In this document: positions 61,391 through 64,000 of the stretch, one piece after another
How positions within the stretch are numbered: position 1 is the stretch's first letter
How the letters are laid out: every line of letters begins with the position of its first letter
Assembly (NCBI GenBank): GCA_947598325.1
Contig: CANQFD010000001.1
Coordinates: forward strand, 48,217-112,216
Origin: an uncultured Bacilli bacterium
Lineage (GTDB): Bacteria; Bacillota_I; Bacilli_A; RF39; UBA660
DNA length: 64,000 nucleotides
Direction of reading: 5' to 3'
Notes under the pieces: model-generated
The model's input: only the letters and a program-made list of their open reading frames with translations
What the model was told of the DNA's origin: nothing
Databases searched by the model: none
Program-made: the position numbers and the translations under genes

Positions 61391-61435
61391 AAAAAACTTC
61401 CTCCTCTTTTTTTTCAATGCATTAATTATATCACA

Positions 61436-63511
61436 TTATTGTAAAATTTCAAATACCTTATTTGATACTCTAGAACTTATTTTATTATTTACAGGCGATG
61501 TATATTCACTAGTTTTGCTATATCTAACATTTGGAGATAATACAACTAATGAATATTTTGGATTATCTGAAGGTGAATATCCTATAAACCCTTTAGATAA
61601 AGTTTCTACATCTATATTACCATCTCCATCAACATCATAAAAACTTTGTGCTGTACCTGTTTTTCCAGCTGAAGAAGGAACATCACCCATATAACCATAT
61701 CCGAGTGTATTCATAACTGCTTTAAATCCATCTCTTATTCTATTCATATAAATAGAATCTAGATTTACATTACCAAGTAATTTTGGTTCTATATTTTTTA
61801 CTATATTACCAATACTATCACTATTTGTTTGCTCATGTACTTCTTTTAAAAGATGTAATTTATATCTACTTCCTGAAGTTGCTATAGTACTAATATAACT
61901 AGCTATTTGGATTGGTGTATAAGTATCATATTGCCCAATTGCAAAATCAAGTAAATGTCCAGGATTTTTGCTAGTTCCTTTAAATCCATATGATTCAACA
62001 GGAAGATCTATATTAGTTTTATCACCTAAACCATATTCTAAAAATGTATTTCTATATGTATCAAATGCTGTTTCATCTATTACGAGAGGTCCATTATAAT
62101 AATAATTAGCTCCTCCTACTTTCATTGCTATTTTATATTGATATGCATTTGATGAATATGCAAGAGCATTTATATCATCTAAATATCCAAGACCATTTCT
62201 CCAAGAACATTTTGCTGGGGTATTTAAAATTTTAACACATTCATCAAGCATTTTTGTTCCTATATTTATTGCTCCTGTTTTATATCCAACTGTCATAGAA
62301 GCTCCTTTTACTATTGATCCTGGTGTAACTGGATTTGTTAAAAGCGCTGGTGTACTATCATACATTTTATATTGTCCATTATCATTTACAATTTGTTTTG
62401 ATGCCATAGCAAGTATTTCACCTGTTCCTGGCTCTACTACTATCACATGTGAACCATTATAATAAGTAGTATTTAGGTCATTTTCTTTTGCATTTCTTAT
62501 TTCTTCTTCTAATATTTTTTCTACTTCCATCTGAATATCAATATCTATTGTAAGAACTATATCATGTCCTCTTTTTCCTTCACTTATAACTGAATATGTA
62601 TTATCATCATTTAATTTATATGTTGCCTTTGTTCCTTTTAAAATAGATTCATATTGATACTCTAAATATGTTACACCAACTCTATCATTTAAAGAATAAC
62701 CCTCTGATAAATATTTATCTTTAAGTTCAGCAGGTATACCTGATTCACTATTAGACACATTTCCTAATATTGTTCTAAAAGTATTACCATATAAATACTT
62801 TCTTTCCCATTCTAGTTTTACATTAAATCCTTTTAATTGTGATACATGTTCTGCAACATACGCATATTCTGTATCATCTGCATATGTTTTTATAATTTTC
62901 TCATCATAATAATATCCTGTATTCATTAAATAATAAATGTATGCGGCTTCTTTATCTAAATCAGTATATTTATCTAATTCTTCTTTTGTTATTCTTTCTA
63001 ATTTTAGATTTCTTATATCATTAGAAGTAAGTTTTCTTTGTTTTAATTTATTTTTTTCTTCTTTAGTAATTTTTTTATCACATAAGTCTTCATTATTTAT
63101 TAAATAAAATTCTTTTAGATTTATTTCTTCTAGTTTTGATATATCCATATTGATATTTTTAGCAAGTTCATATGCTAAATTAATTTGTTCCTTAGTTGTT
63201 GTTCCTGATATTCTTTTATAATATATAGTTTTAACACCAATATTATCTACAAGTAATTTATGATTTCTATCATATATTCTTCCTCTTGGAACTGATGTAC
63301 TGTATACAACATCTACTGTTAAATTTTCTAAATTTTTTTTGTATTTATTTTCACTTAAAATTTGAATATCTACAATTTTATACATAATTATTATAAATAA
63401 TAAAAATACTAATATAGAAAGAACAAAAAATCTTTTCTCTGATATATATGATAAATTAATATTATTTTTATTTATATATTTTTTTCTTTTTTTTATTTTT
63501 CTTTTACTCAT
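61436..63511 (-). CDS. Class B penicillin-binding protein (PBP2/SpoVD-type transpeptidase).
   Basis: N-terminal TM helix and dimerisation domain, the SxxK motif (GSIVKG), and KTGTAQ. Confidence 0.85.
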   Translation of the reverse strand: MSKRKIKKRKKYINKNNINLSYISEKRFFVLSILVFLLFIIIMYKIVDIQILSENKYKKNLENLTVDVVYSTSVPRGRIYDRNHKLLVDNIGVKTIYYKRISGTTTKEQINLAYELAKNINMDISKLEEINLKEFYLINNEDLCDKKITKEEKNKLKQRKLTSNDIRNLKLERITKEELDKYTDLDKEAAYIYYLMNTGYYYDEKIIKTYADDTEYAYVAEHVSQLKGFNVKLEWERKYLYGNTFRTILGNVSNSESGIPAELKDKYLSEGYSLNDRVGVTYLEYQYESILKGTKATYKLNDDNTYSVISEGKRGHDIVLTIDIDIQMEVEKILEEEIRNAKENDLNTTYYNGSHVIVVEPGTGEILAMASKQIVNDNGQYKMYDSTPALLTNPVTPGSIVKGASMTVGYKTGAINIGTKMLDECVKILNTPAKCSWRNGLGYLDDINALAYSSNAYQYKIAMKVGGANYYYNGPLVIDETAFDTYRNTFLEYGLGDKTNIDLPVESYGFKGTSKNPGHLLDFAIGQYDTYTPIQIASYISTIATSGSRYKLHLLKEVHEQTNSDSIGNIVKNIEPKLLGNVNLDSIYMNRIRDGFKAVMNTLGYGYMGDVPSSAGKTGTAQSFYDVDGDGNIDVETLSKGFIGYSPSDNPKYSLVVLSPNVRYSKTSEYTSPVNNKISSRVSNKVFEILQ

Positions 63512-63534
63512 ATATAATATCCTCCAATTATAGT

Positions 63535-63849
63535 TTGCTTCATACTACCTTTTATATAACATATATTTTAATAGAGGTGAAAAAAATGAATGATTTAATA
63601 ATTCAAAAATATATTAATAACATTACACTTAATAATATTATTGATTATGGAAAAAAAGAAGGATTAATTATAACAAATAATGAAGCAAGTATAATCTATG
63701 AATATATGGTAAAATATTGGAAGGTATTTTATTATGGTGATCCAAAAAATTTACTTTCAGAATTAAAGATGAAATTATCTTCTAATACTTATAATAAATT
63801 AGAGGAGCTTTATATAATTGCAAAAGAAAAAATTAAGAATAAATCTTAA
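63535..63849 (+). CDS. Hypothetical protein (104 aa).
   Basis: ORF with a GAGGTG RBS. Confidence 0.4.
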   Translation: MLHTTFYITYILIEVKKMNDLIIQKYINNITLNNIIDYGKKEGLIITNNEASIIYEYMVKYWKVFYYGDPKNLLSELKMKLSSNTYNKLEELYIIAKEKIKNKS

Positions 63850-63882
63850 TTTTTATTTTTTAATGATATAGTTTTTTATATT

Positions 63883-64000
63883 TTAGTTTCTCTTTTCTTT
63901 TTCCATATCAATTATTGATTTTAATTTACGTACTGAAGAATTTAGATCATCATTTATAATACAATAGTCATATTTTTTTGATATTTCAAGTTCAACAGTT
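63883..64000 (-). CDS. gmk: Guanylate kinase, C-terminal 38 codons only. The gene continues beyond the window.
   Basis: The minus-strand frame reads TVELEISKKYDYCIINDDLNSSVRKLKSIIDMEKEKRN*. This matches the Gmk C-terminus, typically YDYVIVNDDL..AV..L..II. Confidence 0.5.
   Translation of the reverse strand, partial: TVELEISKKYDYCIINDDLNSSVRKLKSIIDMEKEKRN

Overview
This 64 kb window looks like chromosomal core DNA from a very AT-rich, low-GC Firmicute that forms endospores (Clostridia- or Bacilli-like gene order). About 65 genes are densely packed, mostly on the minus strand. I could not run any searches; every call rests on reading the sequence and the supplied translations.

Two themes dominate:
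- **Translation and housekeeping:** aspS (5' partial), proS, valS with a T-box leader, lepA, efp, obg, trmB, rplU-prp-rpmA with an L21-leader-like 5'UTR, rpmG, tig, lonA, mutS, xseAB, nusB, mnmA, tcdA, rarA, xerD, hemW, ldh, cysE, corA, zupT, a class B PBP, and gmk (partial at the 3' edge).
- **Sporulation:** radC-mreC-mreD-spoIVFA-spoIVFB, spoIVB, spoVID with a ysxE/CotS-like gene, gerE with a GerM-like gene, a spoIIIAH that sits alone, a SpoIIM-like membrane protein, and a small Gly/Tyr/Pro-rich coat-like protein.

RNA features:
- a probable 6S RNA in the aspS-tcdA spacer, the position bsrA occupies in B. subtilis;
- a T-box leader upstream of valS;
- one tRNA-Arg(UCU);
- several intrinsic terminators.

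I see no CRISPR array, no transposase or integrase other than the chromosomal Xer recombinase, and no long repeats.

The items I would look at first:
1. A divergent SigA-like sigma factor with novel N- and C-terminal extensions, next to a roughly 24-helix membrane protein that carries an N-terminal zinc ribbon.
2. A ~75 bp promoter, 5'UTR and start module duplicated in front of two unrelated small HTH regulators.
3. A small island beside the tRNA: an orphan 328-aa protein, a 29-aa hydrophobic peptide resembling a type I toxin, and inverted repeats.
4. An HD-domain gene next to a CCA/poly(A)-polymerase-head nucleotidyltransferase that is interrupted by an in-frame TAA.
5. spoIIIAH present without spoIIIAA-AG.

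I cannot point to a clearly novel multi-gene system with confidence; most of the window is ordinary.
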